Positions 1-10,263 are shown, counted from the first letter of the stretch. The stretch: DNA of 64,000 nt from Opitutia bacterium (GCA_016190985.1 JACPPI010000006.1:112526-176525), one strand, 5' to 3'. Notes: generated by a model from the sequence alone, not told the origin. Numbers and translations are program-made.

Positions 1-1
1 G

Positions 2-1174
2 GGCCGCACCGCCGAGCTGGGCCGCCTGCTCGAAAGCTGGGCCGCCATCAACTCCGGCTCGGGCCACGCCGCCGGCCTGGCCCGCATGGGCGCGGTGCTC
101 CGCGCCGAGTTCGCCCGCGCCTTTCCCGCCGCCACGATCACGGAACTGGCGGCGGATGCGCCGGGGTTCAATCCCCCCGGGGTCCAGGCGCTGAGCATCC
201 GGATGCGCCCCGCCGCGCCCACGCAGGTCCTGCTCTGCGGCCACTACGACACGGTGTTCGAGGCGGACGACGCCTTCCAGCAATGCCGCTGGCTCGACGA
301 CAACACCCTCAACGGCCCGGGCACGGCCGACATGAAGGGCGGCCTCGTCACGCTCCTCGCCGCGCTGCAGGCCTTCGAGGCGACCCCGCACGCGGCGCGC
401 GTCGGCTGGGAAGTGCTGCTCACGCCCGACGAGGAAACCGGCTCGCACGGCACGGCGGAGCTGTTTCGCGGCGCCGCCACGCGGCACCATTTCGGCTTTG
501 TCTTCGAGCCGGCCCGGCCCTCGGGCGACATGATCCAGTCGCGCAAGGGCACCGGCGGCGCCGTCGCCACCTGCCGCGGCCGCGCGGCCCACGCCGCCAA
601 AATCCCCAACGACGGCCGCAGCGCCATCCTCGGCCTGGCCGCGTTTCTCCTCGCCGCGGCGAGAGTCCCCGCCGAGCTGCCCGGCACGCTCGTCAATGTC
701 GGCAACATCAGGGGCGGCACTCCCGCCACCAACGTCGTGCCCGACTTCGCCCAATCCGAACTCGACCTGCGGGTCACCAGGCTGGCCGACCGCGAGCCGC
801 TCTTCCACCGCCTCGAGGCGCTCGCGCGCGAGATCGGCGCCGCGCACGGGGTGAAGATCGGGCTCAAGCTCTGGCTCAACCGCCCGCCCAAGGAATGCCT
901 GCCCGCCGAGGAGGCGGTCTATCCGCACTGGCTGCAGGCCGCGCGGGATGTCGGGATCCCGCCCTTCCAGTGGGTTCATGGCGGCGGCGGCTCCGACGGC
1001 AATTTCCTCACCGCGGGCGGCCTGCCCAACCTCGACGGCATCGGGCCGGTCGGCGACGGCCTGCACAGCGACCGCGAGTATTGCCGGGTGGACACCATCG
1101 CGCCGCGCGCGCAGATCGTGGCGCTTTTTCTGCACCGCGTGGCCGCAGGGGAGATCAGTCTGCCGAAGAAGTGA
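2..1174 (+). CDS. M20/M25/M40 family metallo-hydrolase (glutamate carboxypeptidase-like), 5' partial
   Basis: Frame is open from base 2 (GRTAELGRLLESWAAINSGS...). Motifs GHYDTVF, GPGTADMKGG, PDEETGS, FEP, GGGSDGN, GLHSDRE. Confidence 0.85.
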   Translation, partial: GRTAELGRLLESWAAINSGSGHAAGLARMGAVLRAEFARAFPAATITELAADAPGFNPPGVQALSIRMRPAAPTQVLLCGHYDTVFEADDAFQQCRWLDDNTLNGPGTADMKGGLVTLLAALQAFEATPHAARVGWEVLLTPDEETGSHGTAELFRGAATRHHFGFVFEPARPSGDMIQSRKGTGGAVATCRGRAAHAAKIPNDGRSAILGLAAFLLAAARVPAELPGTLVNVGNIRGGTPATNVVPDFAQSELDLRVTRLADREPLFHRLEALAREIGAAHGVKIGLKLWLNRPPKECLPAEEAVYPHWLQAARDVGIPPFQWVHGGGGSDGNFLTAGGLPNLDGIGPVGDGLHSDREYCRVDTIAPRAQIVALFLHRVAAGEISLPKK

Positions 1175-1296
1175 TTGGCGCGCGCCAAGACACCGGGAGA
1201 CAGACCTTTCCGCATTTTCTGCTCACTCCCCAGAGTGATTGCTGCAAATTCTTTGTCACCGCTCCGGGCTTTCCAGGCACTTGTTAGTGTCACAAG

Positions 1297-2943
1297 ATGA
1301 AAGCACCCGAGGTCATGGCCCTCCTCCACACCACCAGCGACGCCGATCTGGTCGCCAGCTGCCTTGGCGGCAATCGAACCGCGTTTGAACAGATCGTGGA
1401 GCGTTACCAGCGCCTGCTCTGCTCGGTCGCCTACTCGTCCTTGGGGGATGTGGGCGAGAGCGAGGATGTGGCGCAGGAGACCTTTGTCACCGCCTGGCTC
1501 AAGCTCGGTGAGCTGCGCGAACCCGACAAGCTCCGTCCCTGGCTCTGCTCCATCCTCCGCTTCAAGGTCAGTCACGCCCGCCGGCGCGACGGCCGCGAGC
1601 CGGTGCGGGGTGCCGCGCCGCTTGAAGGGGCCTTGGACGTTCCGGATGGCGAGATCACGGGCGATGCCGCGGCCATGGCTCGCGAGGAGCAAGCCTTGCT
1701 TTGGAGCGCCCTGCGGACGCTGCCGGAAAATTACCGCGAGCCGCTGGTCCTTTTCTATCGCGAGCACCGCTCGATCGAGCACGTGGCGGTCGAACTCGAT
1801 CTCACCGAGGACGCCGTGAAACAGCGCCTCGCCCGCGGTCGCCAAATGCTCACCGAGCGGTTGCTGGCGGTCGTGGAAGGAGCGCTGGCCCGCAGCTCCC
1901 CCGGCAAGGTGTTCACCGTTGGCGTGCTGGCGGCCTTGCCCGCGCTCACGCCGCCCGCCCAGGCGGCGGGTCTCGGCGCCGCGGCGGTCGCGGCGACGAA
2001 GGGCGCGGGCGGGCTGACGAAGACCATCGCGTTGGCCACCATCCTGGCCTCGGTCACCGGACTCGTGAGTGCGGTCATTTCATTGCGGATGAGCCTCGAC
2101 CAGGCGCGCACCGACCGCGAGCGCCGCGCCGTGCTCGTCATGACCGCCCTGTTTTTCACCAGTTTCCTCGCGTTTTTGCTGGTGCTGTTCGGCGCCCGGT
2201 TCCTGGTCGCGCGCGCGCCCGAAAACCTCCCCGTCATCGCCGTGCTCCATCACCTGTTTGTGGTGGTCTTCACGGTGGGCTGGTCTTGGGCCCTGCTACG
2301 CGAGATCCATCTGGCGCGCGAACGCCGCAGCGCCGAACGCCGGCGCGTGCCGGAGAAATTCGCCGATCCGGTGGACCAGGTCGGCTCGCCTCAATCCGAG
2401 TATCGCAGCTCCGCCTCGCTGTTTGGCGTGCCGCTGGTGCATGTCCGCTTCGCCGTGGATGAATCCCACCAGGGTCCGGCTTTTGGCTGGGTCGCCGGCG
2501 GGGACCGCGCGGTCGGACTCCTCTTTGCCTTTGGCGGCTGGGCGGTGGGCTGCGTGAGTGTCGGAGGGGTCTCACTGGGTGTTTTTTCCCTCGGCGCCGT
2601 GAGCGCGGGCCTGCTGAGCATCGGGACCATCAGCCTTGGTGTGGTCGCCTTGGGGGCCGTGGCCGCCGGTTGGCACGCGGTCGGCTCGCTCTCCGCCACG
2701 GCCTGGCACACCGCGTTTAGCCCGGGTTTCGCCTTTTCCAACTGGGTGGCGGCAGCCCCGCTCGCGCTCGCGCCCCACGCCAACGATGCCGTCGCCCGGG
2801 CGGCGCTGGTCAATCCCAACGCTGAGCGCGAGTGGCTGGTGCTTTGTGTGATCATCGTGGTGCTGGGCCTCGTGCCGACCACGCTCTATGCCCGGGCCGT
2901 CCGCCGCCGGCTGGGCCGGAAAGAGGCACCGCCGCCTCCCTGA
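1297..2943 (+). CDS. ECF sigma-70 factor with long C-terminal multi-transmembrane, Gly-rich extension
   Basis: Region 2 (AFEQIVERYQRLLCSVAY...EDVAQETFV...WL) and region 4 (LPENYREPLVL...SIEHVAVELD...AVKQRLARGR), followed by ~350 aa of hydrophobic segments. Confidence 0.85.
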   Translation: MKAPEVMALLHTTSDADLVASCLGGNRTAFEQIVERYQRLLCSVAYSSLGDVGESEDVAQETFVTAWLKLGELREPDKLRPWLCSILRFKVSHARRRDGREPVRGAAPLEGALDVPDGEITGDAAAMAREEQALLWSALRTLPENYREPLVLFYREHRSIEHVAVELDLTEDAVKQRLARGRQMLTERLLAVVEGALARSSPGKVFTVGVLAALPALTPPAQAAGLGAAAVAATKGAGGLTKTIALATILASVTGLVSAVISLRMSLDQARTDRERRAVLVMTALFFTSFLAFLLVLFGARFLVARAPENLPVIAVLHHLFVVVFTVGWSWALLREIHLARERRSAERRRVPEKFADPVDQVGSPQSEYRSSASLFGVPLVHVRFAVDESHQGPAFGWVAGGDRAVGLLFAFGGWAVGCVSVGGVSLGVFSLGAVSAGLLSIGTISLGVVALGAVAAGWHAVGSLSATAWHTAFSPGFAFSNWVAAAPLALAPHANDAVARAALVNPNAEREWLVLCVIIVVLGLVPTTLYARAVRRRLGRKEAPPPP

Positions 2944-3027
2944 TCTCCGGCCCCTGAGGTCCGCCCCATCCGTCCGTCCTTGCGACGGGCTGGGGCCGGC
3001 CGTGCCCAAATATTCCTTCCTCTTACC

Positions 3028-4248
3028 ATGAAAAACCAGACCGATAACATCCAGGCCCGTGGCCTGCCGACTCCCGAGCGCCATGCCGCCCTCGACGCCC
3101 TGCGCTCGTTTCTCACGCTGCTGGTCATCGCCCATCACGCGGTGCTGGCCTATTTCATCTACGCTCCACCGCCCGGCAAATTCGCCCAGCCCATCTACTG
3201 GGCGGCGTTCCCGATCACCGACGCCGCCAAGGCCCAGGGGATCGACCTGCTTGTTCTCTGGAACGACTCGTTCTTCATGGCCCTCATGTTTTTGCTCTCG
3301 GGCTTGTTTGTCGGCCCGGGCCTCGTGCGCAAGGGCGCCGGGCATTTCTTCCGCGACCGCATGGTGCGGCTCGGTGGCGCGTTCATTTTGGGCGCGGGCC
3401 TGCTGGCCCCGCTGGCTTATCTGCCGGCTTACCTGCAACGGGCGGAGGCCACTGGTTCGCCAGGTTTTCTCACCGCGTGGCTGCAGCTCGGTGTTTGGCC
3501 GGCGGGGCCGGCCTGGTTTCTGTGGGTGTTGCTCGCTTTCTGCGCAGTGGCGGCGCTGGTGTTCGCGATCGCTCCGCGTGTCTTCGCCGCCGGCGAGCGG
3601 TTCGCCGGCTGGTGTTTTGCGTCGCCATGGCGCGGCCTGCTCGTGGCGCTGGCCGCCGTGTTGCTGGCCTATGTGCCGATGGCCCACTTCGTGAATCCGA
3701 TGCACTGGTCCGGCTGGGGAGTGTTCTTTTTCCAGACCACGCGGCTCCCACTCTACGCCCTCTGGTTTGCGGCCGGTGTCATGCTGGGATTGCGCAACGG
3801 ACTCGTGCGCGACCTCATGGCATTCAATGGCGGCTTGGCCCGGCGTTGGATCGGCTGGCACATCGCGGCGGGCCTGGTCTTCATCGGGTTTGTGGTGGTG
3901 CTCGTCGTCTCCGCGATCAAGACGTCGCGCGGCGTGCCCGCACCCGGTTGGGCGCTTGGCGCCGGTGCTCTCATGGTGGTGAGCGCCGTGATCACCAGCA
4001 TCTGCCTGTTGGCCACTTTTGCGCGCAAATGGAGTGTCGAAACCCCGCTCTGGGCCAGCCTGCGCCGGAATGCGTTCGGCATGTATCTCGTGCATTACGC
4101 CATCGTGACCTGGCTGCAATACGCGCTGCTCGCAGTGGAGTGGCCCGGCCTGCTCAAGGCGTTCGTGGTCACCACGCTCGCGATCCTTTTCAGTTGGATC
4201 ATCGCCGCCGGGCTGCGCCGTTTGCCCGTTCTGAAAAGTATCCTGTGA
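3028..4248 (+). CDS. Acyltransferase family 3 membrane protein (OpgC/MdoC-like)
   Basis: R-x-x-x-LD-x-LR (ERHAALDALR), VIAHH, FFMALMFLLSG, RxxRL, WFL motifs; many TM helices. ATG at 3028 chosen as start. Confidence 0.8.
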   Translation: MKNQTDNIQARGLPTPERHAALDALRSFLTLLVIAHHAVLAYFIYAPPPGKFAQPIYWAAFPITDAAKAQGIDLLVLWNDSFFMALMFLLSGLFVGPGLVRKGAGHFFRDRMVRLGGAFILGAGLLAPLAYLPAYLQRAEATGSPGFLTAWLQLGVWPAGPAWFLWVLLAFCAVAALVFAIAPRVFAAGERFAGWCFASPWRGLLVALAAVLLAYVPMAHFVNPMHWSGWGVFFFQTTRLPLYALWFAAGVMLGLRNGLVRDLMAFNGGLARRWIGWHIAAGLVFIGFVVVLVVSAIKTSRGVPAPGWALGAGALMVVSAVITSICLLATFARKWSVETPLWASLRRNAFGMYLVHYAIVTWLQYALLAVEWPGLLKAFVVTTLAILFSWIIAAGLRRLPVLKSIL

Positions 4249-4272
4249 TGTCGCGTCGAATCGGCTGCCGGC

Positions 4273-5385
4273 TCAGCCCGGCAGCCACAACCCGCCGAGC
4301 ACGGCGGGCCGCGCCGCGCCGGTGACGAGCGGGCAGTTGCCCGCTCCTTCGGTCACGCGTTGCCGGGCGAGCCACGCGAAGGCCATCGCCTCCACCCAGT
4401 CCCCGGGCACGCCAAGGGTGTCGGTTGCGGCGACGGCGGAGCCGGGCAGGTTTTCGCGGAGCGCGCCCATCAGCGCGGCGTTGCGGGCGCCGCCGCCGCA
4501 GACAAAGACCTCGGGCCGCGCCAGGCCGGGCAGTTGCCGGATGGAATCGGCGATGCCGCGCGCCGTGAGGGCGAGCAGGGAGGCCTGCACATCGGCCGGG
4601 GCGAGGGGACCGGCCTGGTCGAGGTGGCGTCGCAGCCAGTCGGCCGAGAAATATTCCGGCCCGGTGCTCTTCGGTGGCGGCTGGCTGAAATACGGATCGG
4701 CGAGCAGCGCGGCGAGCAGGCCGCCGTGCACGCGGCCGCTGGCGGCGAAGGCGCCGTCGCGGTCCATCGGCTCGTGCAGGATGCGGCGGCTCCAGCCGTC
4801 GAGCAGGGTGTTGCCGGGCCCGGTGTCGTAGCCAAGGACGGGGCGGGCGGCGTCGCCGGGGAGCACCGTGATGTTGGCGATGCCGCCGATGTTCACGATC
4901 ACGCGATCCTGGCCGTTCTGCCGGAAAACCGCCGCATGAAACGCCGGCACGAGCGGCGCGCCCTGGCCGCCGAGGGCCAGATCCTTGCGGCGAAAATCCG
5001 CCGCGACCGGAATGCCGGTCAATGCGGCGATGACGTTCGGGTCGCCGATTTGCAGCGTGAAGGGCGCCGCGCCGCCCGCCCGGTGGCGAATGGTTTGCCC
5101 ATGACTGCCGATGGCGCGGACCTGCGCCGGTGCCACCTGGGCCCGGGCGAGCAATTCGTTGACCGCCTGGGCAAACAGCCGTCCGAGCCGGACATCGGCC
5201 GCCCCAAGCCGGTCGATTTCATTGGCCCCCGGCACGGCCAAGGCCAGCAGGTCTGCTCTCAAATCCGGCGGAAACTTCAGGGTGTGCGACGCGACCAGCG
5301 ATGGCCCCGGGCCAAACCGCACCAACGCCGCGTCGATGCCGTCCATGCTGGTGCCGGAGAGAATGCCGATGAAGTGTTCAGCCAT
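4273..5385 (-). CDS. anmK: Anhydro-N-acetylmuramic acid kinase
   Basis: MAEHFIGILSGTSMDGIDAA, GSHGQTIRH, DFRRKD-x-ALGGQGAPLVP, NIGGIANIT, DTGPGN, PPKSTGPE, VCGGGARN, EAMAFAWLA. Confidence 0.95.
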   Translation of the reverse strand: MAEHFIGILSGTSMDGIDAALVRFGPGPSLVASHTLKFPPDLRADLLALAVPGANEIDRLGAADVRLGRLFAQAVNELLARAQVAPAQVRAIGSHGQTIRHRAGGAAPFTLQIGDPNVIAALTGIPVAADFRRKDLALGGQGAPLVPAFHAAVFRQNGQDRVIVNIGGIANITVLPGDAARPVLGYDTGPGNTLLDGWSRRILHEPMDRDGAFAASGRVHGGLLAALLADPYFSQPPPKSTGPEYFSADWLRRHLDQAGPLAPADVQASLLALTARGIADSIRQLPGLARPEVFVCGGGARNAALMGALRENLPGSAVAATDTLGVPGDWVEAMAFAWLARQRVTEGAGNCPLVTGAARPAVLGGLWLPG

Positions 5386-5454
5386 GGTGCGGATGCGACT
5401 TTCGACAAATGAACAGTTGAACCGCGCGCAGCAACCCGGGATTATCCTGTGCGG

Positions 5455-6345
5455 ATGCAGACCACCGAATCCCCCAGCGACCGGCACCCCGATCTCGACC
5501 AGTATGGCACGCTCGAACTGGTGCAGGCCTTCACCGAGGACCAGGTGCAGGCGGCCAGCGTGGTGCATGCCGCCGCCGCGCAGATCGCGCAGGCGGTGGA
5601 TGCCGCGGCGCCGCGCATCGCGGCGGGCGGGCGGCTCATCTACGCCGGCGCCGGCACCTCCGGGCGCCTCGGCGTGCTCGACAGCGTCGAGCTGTTTCCC
5701 ACCTTCAGCTGGCCCAAGGACCGCGCGCTCGCCCTGATCGCCGGCGGCAAGGACGCCATGTATGAGGCCGTGGAGGGCGCCGAGGACGACCAGGCCCGCG
5801 GCGCGGCCGACCTGCGCGCGCTGAACCCGGGCCCCAACGATGTCTGCATCGCGCTCGCGGCGTCGGGCACCACGCCCTACGCCTTGGGGGCGCTGGCGGC
5901 GGCGCGCGCGGCCGGGGCGCTGACCATCGGCATCGCCAACAATCCCGGCGCGCCCGTCACCACCCAGGCCGAGATCGGCATCACCATCGCCACCGGGAGC
6001 GAGGTCATCTCCGGCAGCACGCGACTCAAGGCCGGCACGGCGCAGAAGATCGTGCTCAACACCCTCTCCAGCGCGATCATGGTCCGGCTGCACAAGGTGC
6101 ACGGCAACCTGATGGTGGACCTCATGCCCACCAACGCGAAACTCCATCGCCGCGCGGTCGCGCTCACCATGCGCGCCACCGGGGCCGACGAGGCCGCGGC
6201 CAAGCGCACCCTCGAGGCCTGCCGATACCGCATCAAGGTCGCGATCGTCGCCCTTCTGCGCAAAACCGATGCGGCCGCCGCGTCGGCCGCGCTCGCCGCC
6301 GCCGGGGGCAGCGTGCGGCAGGCAGTTGGGGAGGGGAGGAAATGA
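5455..6345 (+). CDS. murQ: N-acetylmuramic acid 6-phosphate etherase
   Basis: GAGTSGRLGVLD, EGAEDD, AASGTTPY, GSEVISGSTRLKAGTAQK, GNLMVD, TNAKL. Confidence 0.95.
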   Translation: MQTTESPSDRHPDLDQYGTLELVQAFTEDQVQAASVVHAAAAQIAQAVDAAAPRIAAGGRLIYAGAGTSGRLGVLDSVELFPTFSWPKDRALALIAGGKDAMYEAVEGAEDDQARGAADLRALNPGPNDVCIALAASGTTPYALGALAAARAAGALTIGIANNPGAPVTTQAEIGITIATGSEVISGSTRLKAGTAQKIVLNTLSSAIMVRLHKVHGNLMVDLMPTNAKLHRRAVALTMRATGADEAAAKRTLEACRYRIKVAIVALLRKTDAAAASAALAAAGGSVRQAVGEGRK

Positions 6346-7952
6346 GCCGAAAGGTGGGGCGAATCCTTCCACCGTCGCCTAGGCTATGGTGGACAGGCCG
6401 GATGAGCCGTAGCCGTGCACGCGGCTCGTTGGGGACGACTCACCCTGCCATTTTGGCAGGCTTGGTGGTTTTGCTCCTCGCCGGCTGCGTCACCGCGCCG
6501 AAAGTGGCCGAGAACCCGCCGCCGGCCCCGCGCGAGTTCCGCGGCGTGTGGGTGGCGACGGTGGCCAACATCGACTGGCCGAGCCAGCCGGGCCTGCCCG
6601 CCGCGCAGCAGCGCGCCGAGGCGGTCGCGATCCTCGACCGGGCCCGCGCGCTGAACCTCAACGCGGTCATCCTGCAGGTCCGCCCGGCGGCCGACGCGCT
6701 GTATGCCTCGGCCCTGGAACCGTGGAGCGAATACCTCGGCGGCCAGCAGGGGCGCGATCCGGGCTACGATCCGCTCAAGTTCTGGATCGAGGAGGCGCAC
6801 CGGCGCGGGCTGGCGCTGCACGCCTGGTTCAACCCTTACCGGGCCCGGCATCACGAGGCGAAGTCGGACTTCGCGCCGACGCACATCGCGAAGACCAACC
6901 CGGCGGCGGTGAAGCCATACGGCGAACTGTGGTGGATGGATCCCGGCGACGCCTTCGCCAGCCGGCGCACGCTCGACGTGATCGCCGACGTGGTGCGGCG
7001 CTACGACGTGGATGGCGTGCACATCGACGATTACTTCTATCCTTACCCGATTCCCCGCCCTGAGCCTGTCGAACGGGCCCGCCCTGGCCAGCCCAAGGAC
7101 GGAAAGGAGATGCTCGATTTTCCCGACGAGCCGTCGTGGCAGCTCTACCGCTCCGGCGGCGGCAAACTGGAGCGCGCCGACTGGCGCCGCGACAACGTGG
7201 ACCGGCTCGTGGAAAAGATTTATCGCACGGTTCACGCGATCAAGCCGCAGGTGCTGTTCGGCGTCAGTCCGTTTGGGCTGGGCCGGCCCGACCGCCGGCC
7301 GCCCGGCATCGAGGGCTTCAGCCAATACGACAAGATCTACGCCGACGTGGAACGGTGGCTGGAGCGCGGCTGGCTGGATTATCTCGCACCGCAGCTCTAC
7401 TGGCCGCCAGGCCAGAAGGCGCAGGCTTTCGATGTGCTCCTCGATTACTGGGCGCGGCAGAATCTGGCGCACCGCCATCTCTGGCCGGGGCTGTTCACCA
7501 GCGCGATCAACGACACGCCCAAAGGCTGGCGGGCCGAGGACATTTTGCAGGAGGTCGGGCTGGTCCGCGCGCGGCCGGCGGCGGGCGGCCTGATCCAATT
7601 CAGCATGGTCGCCCTCATGCAGGACCGGAAAGGGGTCGCGACCAAGCTGCTCGCCGGGCCCTATGCGGAGCCGGCGTTGCTGCCGGCCACCCCGTGGCTC
7701 AAGGCCGCGCCACCAACGGCGCCGAAACTGCGGCGCAACGGCGAGCGCGTGGAGATCGAGCCCGGTTCCGGGGACGGCGCGGCCAATTTCGCCATCTGGC
7801 GGCGGCACGGCGTCCGTTGGGATTTCGCGCTGCAGCCCGCCTCCACGCGGACGATCGCCGCCGCCGTCGCCGATGCGGTGGTGGTCAGCGCGGTGGACCG
7901 GCTGGGCAACGAGAGCGAAAGCGTGGCGCTGACCCCGGGGCGCCGGAAGTAG
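6342..7952 (+). CDS. Glycoside hydrolase-like family 10 (GHL10, YddW/DigH-like) lipoprotein; true start may be ATG 6401
   Basis: REFRGVWVATVANIDWPS, QVRPAADALYAS, HAWFNPYR, YDVDGVHIDDYFYP, DYLAPQLYW; lipobox-like LLAGC. Confidence 0.85.
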   Translation: MSRKVGRILPPSPRLWWTGRMSRSRARGSLGTTHPAILAGLVVLLLAGCVTAPKVAENPPPAPREFRGVWVATVANIDWPSQPGLPAAQQRAEAVAILDRARALNLNAVILQVRPAADALYASALEPWSEYLGGQQGRDPGYDPLKFWIEEAHRRGLALHAWFNPYRARHHEAKSDFAPTHIAKTNPAAVKPYGELWWMDPGDAFASRRTLDVIADVVRRYDVDGVHIDDYFYPYPIPRPEPVERARPGQPKDGKEMLDFPDEPSWQLYRSGGGKLERADWRRDNVDRLVEKIYRTVHAIKPQVLFGVSPFGLGRPDRRPPGIEGFSQYDKIYADVERWLERGWLDYLAPQLYWPPGQKAQAFDVLLDYWARQNLAHRHLWPGLFTSAINDTPKGWRAEDILQEVGLVRARPAAGGLIQFSMVALMQDRKGVATKLLAGPYAEPALLPATPWLKAAPPTAPKLRRNGERVEIEPGSGDGAANFAIWRRHGVRWDFALQPASTRTIAAAVADAVVVSAVDRLGNESESVALTPGRRK

Positions 7953-7959
7953 ACGGGCC

Positions 7960-8015
7960 TGTGGGAGCGTGCTTGCACGCGACTCGAACCAGTCGCGAGC
8001 AAGCTCGCGCCCACA
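7960..8015. repeat. GTGG-type REP doublet between convergent GHL10 and amidase genes
   Basis: tgtgggagcgtgcttgcacgcga...tcgcgagcaagctcgcgcccaca. Confidence 0.75.
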
Positions 8016-8067
8016 AAAACCGCGGCGTCCACCTCTCGGGCTGAAAGCCAACACTCCTCAAGTGAGA

Positions 8068-9090
8068 TCAGGGGTTCGTGGGAAGCGCGGGCAGGCGCCG
8101 CAGCCGGCGGGCGCCGTTGATGACCGTGTCCCATTGCAAGGCCGGGCCGGGATCGGTCTTGTTGGTCTGGATGTGGTAGTGGCCGAGCACGCCCTGGTAT
8201 TTCGCGAGTTCCTCGGCGGGGAGCTTGCGCGGCAGCAGGCGGCCGTCGGGGCCGCGCGGGTAGTCCAGTGTGATCTTCGGAAACACCTTGTTGAGCGTGG
8301 CGGTGAGCTTGATCAGCGCGGCGTATTGCTGCGGCGTGAGGTCGTATTGCTGGAGATCCTGGCCCTGGATGTTGCCCTTCACCAGCTCCGCGCGGGCCGG
8401 ACTCCCGGTGAAACCCTTGGTGCGGATCATCGGGTCGCCGAGCTTCTCCGGCACCTTGATGACGAGCCGGCCCGAGGCGTCGGCGCCATACCAGGTGTTG
8501 AGGGCCTCGAGGTCGTTGGCCCCGTAGGCGCCCATGTTGGCGATCTCGATGCCGATCGAGCGGTCGTTGGCGATCGTGGCGTGACGCGCGCGCTCCTTCA
8601 GGTCGAGCGTCTGGTAGATGGTGCCGTCGATATCGAGCATGAAGTGCACGCTCAGCCCGCGGAAGTCGTGCAGGACGCGGAAGCACTGCTTGCTGATGCC
8701 GCAGACGTCGTAGTGCAGGACGAACTGGTCCACGACGCGCTGCAAGGTGGGCAGGTCCCAGCCGCCGCCGCGCAGGCGCTCGACCTCGGCGGGCGTGAGC
8801 ACGCCCGTGCGCAGGCTGTAGCGGTTGGGTGTCACGATGTCCTTCATCGCGGCCTTGGTGCTCTCCCAGTCGCTCTCCTCCAGCGGGGAAAAGCGGCGCT
8901 CGACGCGGTAGGCGTCGTAGCCGCCCGGGTCCATCCAGGTGACGACCTTGGCGCCGGTGTGAAACAACTGCCCGGCGACCACGATCTCGTCGCCCTTGCG
9001 CTTGGCGGGCGTGCCGGGCCGGGTCGCGCAGCCGGCGGTGAACAGCAGGGCGGCGAGGATGGCGGCGAATGCGAGTGGAGCTGTTTTCAT
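8068..9090 (-). CDS. N-acetylmuramoyl-L-alanine amidase (Amidase_2) lipoprotein
   Basis: Lipobox FTAGC; VLHYD, SVHF, ARHA, SIGIEIAN, GVLGHYH, KTDPGP (His/His/Asp zinc ligands). Confidence 0.85.
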   Translation of the reverse strand: MKTAPLAFAAILAALLFTAGCATRPGTPAKRKGDEIVVAGQLFHTGAKVVTWMDPGGYDAYRVERRFSPLEESDWESTKAAMKDIVTPNRYSLRTGVLTPAEVERLRGGGWDLPTLQRVVDQFVLHYDVCGISKQCFRVLHDFRGLSVHFMLDIDGTIYQTLDLKERARHATIANDRSIGIEIANMGAYGANDLEALNTWYGADASGRLVIKVPEKLGDPMIRTKGFTGSPARAELVKGNIQGQDLQQYDLTPQQYAALIKLTATLNKVFPKITLDYPRGPDGRLLPRKLPAEELAKYQGVLGHYHIQTNKTDPGPALQWDTVINGARRLRRLPALPTNP

Positions 9091-9103
9091 GGGGTGTCCT
9101 TGG

Positions 9104-9190
9104 CCGCGGATTTCACGGATAGCCACGGATCGAGGTCGTGGTGTTTCTGCATTGTCCGGAAGATCTGTCTCAATCCGAGTCATCCGTGGT
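9104..9190. repeat. CACGGAT-type inverted element at the nagZ-amidase junction
   Basis: ccgcggatttcacggatagccacggat...aatccgagtcatccgtgg. Confidence 0.75.
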
Positions 9191-9198
9191 CAAGAGAA

Positions 9199-10263
9199 TC
9201 ACGCGATCAGCCTGGCCCGGCGCTTGAGCGCGAGCACGCGCTGATACGACTCGTCGATCCGCGCCGCGCTCACGCGGCCGTCGGCCACGGCGCGCTCAAG
9301 GATGCCGATCACCCTCGGCGCGATGTCGGGATCGTAGGCCATGTTGTTGCCGAAGCAGAGCACGTCGATGCCCGCGGCGACCGCCCACGGCACGGAGTTC
9401 TCCAGGCCGTAGCGGCCGGAGATGGCCTTCATCTCCATGTCGTCGCTGGCCACCACGCCTTGGAAGCCGAGGCGCTCACGCAAAATTCCCGTGATGACCG
9501 CCGGCGACAGCGTGGAGGGCCGCTCGGGATCGAGCCGGGCGTTGAACACGTGCGCGCTCATGATGGAGTCGCACTGCCCGGCCGCGATCAGCGCGCGGAA
9601 CGGCTCCAGCTCCCGCTCGTGCCAGGTGGTGGTGACATCCACGAAGCCGAGGTGCGTGTCGCCCATCGCGCTGCCATGCCCCGGGAAGTGCTTGAGGCAG
9701 GTCAGCACGCCGTGCGCGCGGTGCCCCTCGACGAAGGCGGCGGCGTGGCGCGCGACCTTGGCCGGGTCGCCGGCGAAGCTGCGGCGCTTGCCCTTGATGA
9801 TCGGGTTGTCCGGGTTGGCGTCGAGGTCGACGACCGGAGCGAGATTCCAGTTGAGCCCGGCCTCGCGGAGCGTGCGCGCCGTGGCCTCGGCGTGGCGGCG
9901 CGTCTCGGCGGGCTGGTCGAGCGCGCCGAGCTCCTCGTGCGAGATGCTCTCCGGGAAACCGTAGGCGGGCTTGAGGCGGTTGACGCGGCCGCCCTCCTGG
10001 TCGATGGCCGTGAGCAAGGGCACCCGGGCCTGCGCCTGCAGGTGGGCGAGAAGCTCTTTCACCTGCGCGGGCGACCCGATGTTGCGGCGGCGCGGCGCGC
10101 CCGAGTCGATCGTCCCGGTCATGTCCAGGTCGAAGAGGATCACGCTGCCGACGCCGTGCGCGCGGATGGCGCGCTCGATCAGGCCGCACTCGGCCGGCGT
10201 CGCGCCGCGGAAGCCGACCAGCAGCATCTGGCCGATTTTCTCGCGCAGGGTGGGAGGGTTCAT
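9199..10263 (-). CDS. nagZ: Beta-N-acetylhexosaminidase, GH3 N-terminal domain only
   Basis: IGQMLLVGF, IDQEGGRVNRL, NLAPVVD, KHFPGHGS, D-x-H, IMSAH, LGFQGVVASDDMEM. Confidence 0.9.
   Translation of the reverse strand: MNPPTLREKIGQMLLVGFRGATPAECGLIERAIRAHGVGSVILFDLDMTGTIDSGAPRRRNIGSPAQVKELLAHLQAQARVPLLTAIDQEGGRVNRLKPAYGFPESISHEELGALDQPAETRRHAEATARTLREAGLNWNLAPVVDLDANPDNPIIKGKRRSFAGDPAKVARHAAAFVEGHRAHGVLTCLKHFPGHGSAMGDTHLGFVDVTTTWHERELEPFRALIAAGQCDSIMSAHVFNARLDPERPSTLSPAVITGILRERLGFQGVVASDDMEMKAISGRYGLENSVPWAVAAGIDVLCFGNNMAYDPDIAPRVIGILERAVADGRVSAARIDESYQRVLALKRRARLIA

Noticed and set aside
4273-6372. Apparent N-terminally extended or fused proteins in the ORF track (also 9199-11343, 19706-20839, 32628-34241, 25136-28297, 57261-58457)
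   Set aside because: The extensions are open frames overlapping neighbouring genes; real starts were set at the family N-terminal motifs.
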